Shown: positions 31,865-32,672 of the stretch, in pieces | Numbering within the stretch: the stretch's first letter is position 1 | Layout of the letters: each line of letters opens with the position of its first letter | IMG/VR virus record: IMGVR_UViG_3300029930_000007 | Location: 1-32,672 of that record | Source: a virus | Lineage: Duplodnaviria > Caudoviricetes | Length of the DNA: 32,672 bases | Reading direction: 5' to 3' (one strand) | Notes under the pieces: generated by a model | The model's database searches: none | Told to the model about the DNA's origin: nothing | The model's input: only the letters and a program-made list of their open reading frames with translations | Program-made: the position numbers and the translations under genes

Positions 31865-32283
31865 GCTTTACCGGCAACTACTCCTGCAACACGCTGCGGT
31901 CTGGGTTGGTCAACGGCACGATCAACTTTGCCTCGGACACGTTCTATCTGGCGCTGTACACCAATTCGGCAACGCTGGATCAGACCACAACCGCATACAC
32001 CACAACGGGTGAGGCGTCGGGCGGCAACTATGTTGCTGGCGGTGAGATTGTGACTGCCACTATTGCCAGCGAGACCACATCCACGGGCAGCACAACATAC
32101 ATCAATTTTTCGTCCCCAGCGTGGACGGGAGCCATTACAGCGCGTGGTGCCTTGATTTACACGCCCGGTGCCAATGGCGCTGTATGTGTGTTGGACTTTG
32201 GGTCTGACAAAACCTCAACCACAACTTTCACCGTGCAGATGCCAGCCAATACCGCAACCTCTGCGCTCATCCGACTCGTTTAA
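31861..32283 (+). CDS. putative tail/structural protein
   Basis: DTFYLALYT...TTAY...ITARGALIY...VLDFGSDK. Confidence 0.7.
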   Translation: MSFTGNYSCNTLRSGLVNGTINFASDTFYLALYTNSATLDQTTTAYTTTGEASGGNYVAGGEIVTATIASETTSTGSTTYINFSSPAWTGAITARGALIYTPGANGAVCVLDFGSDKTSTTTFTVQMPANTATSALIRLV

Positions 32284-32292
32284 GGAGTAATC

Positions 32293-32672
32293 ATGCAAAA
32301 AGAGTTTTCCAACTTTGGTGACCACGCAGAAGTCAAAATGCAGTCCAACGTGGTTGGCGTTGAATCTGTTGGTATCGAAGGTCACTACCATGTGATCTGC
32401 CGGGACGCTGATGGCAACATCAAGTGGGAAGAAGAGTTCCCCAATCTGGTCAATGCCATCGGCAAAGAGTTGATGCTGGACACCCTGCTCTCTGGCTCGT
32501 CTTACACCACTGTGGGTCCGTTCCTTGGGTTGATCTCTGGTTCTAGCCCGACTTTTGCGGCTGGCGACACAATGGCTTCACATGGTGGCTGGACTGAGTT
32601 CACCAACTACACCGTGGGCGGCTCAGCGGTTCGTGGCACTGCATCGTTCAGTGCCGCCACTTCTTCTGGCTC
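32293..32672 (+). CDS. putative tail/structural protein (truncated by window edge)
   Basis: SD TAAGGAG; MQKEFSNFGD...DADGNIKWEEEFPNLV; open to the end of the window. Confidence 0.7.
   Translation, partial: MQKEFSNFGDHAEVKMQSNVVGVESVGIEGHYHVICRDADGNIKWEEEFPNLVNAIGKELMLDTLLSGSSYTTVGPFLGLISGSSPTFAAGDTMASHGGWTEFTNYTVGGSAVRGTASFSAATSSG

Overview
This window is a tailed-phage (podovirus-like) genome segment with two divergent arms. The minus-strand arm (1-16335) carries, in transcription order, many small early genes, a metallopeptidase/vWA + MoxR-type AAA+ ATPase module, a nin-like region, VRR-NUC, a family A DNA polymerase and a Cas4-like exonuclease. The plus-strand arm (16811-32672) carries terminase, portal, GroES-like co-chaperonin, scaffold, major capsid protein, a cluster of small basic proteins with GG motifs, head-tail adaptors, two free-standing HNH genes and the start of the tail genes. 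I saw no integrase, repressor, tRNA or CRISPR array. The most unusual signals are non-coding. (1) A predicted ~90-nt minus-strand sRNA at the divergence point carries two anti-Shine-Dalgarno seeds complementary to the phage's own early/middle and late ribosome-binding sites. (2) A ~150-nt RNA upstream of VRR-NUC has two tandem pseudoknots plus a kissing helix. (3) A 23-bp palindrome occurs five times in the early region. (4) 66-bp inverted arms surround an origin-like core. All family assignments come from motif recognition by eye, with no database searches.
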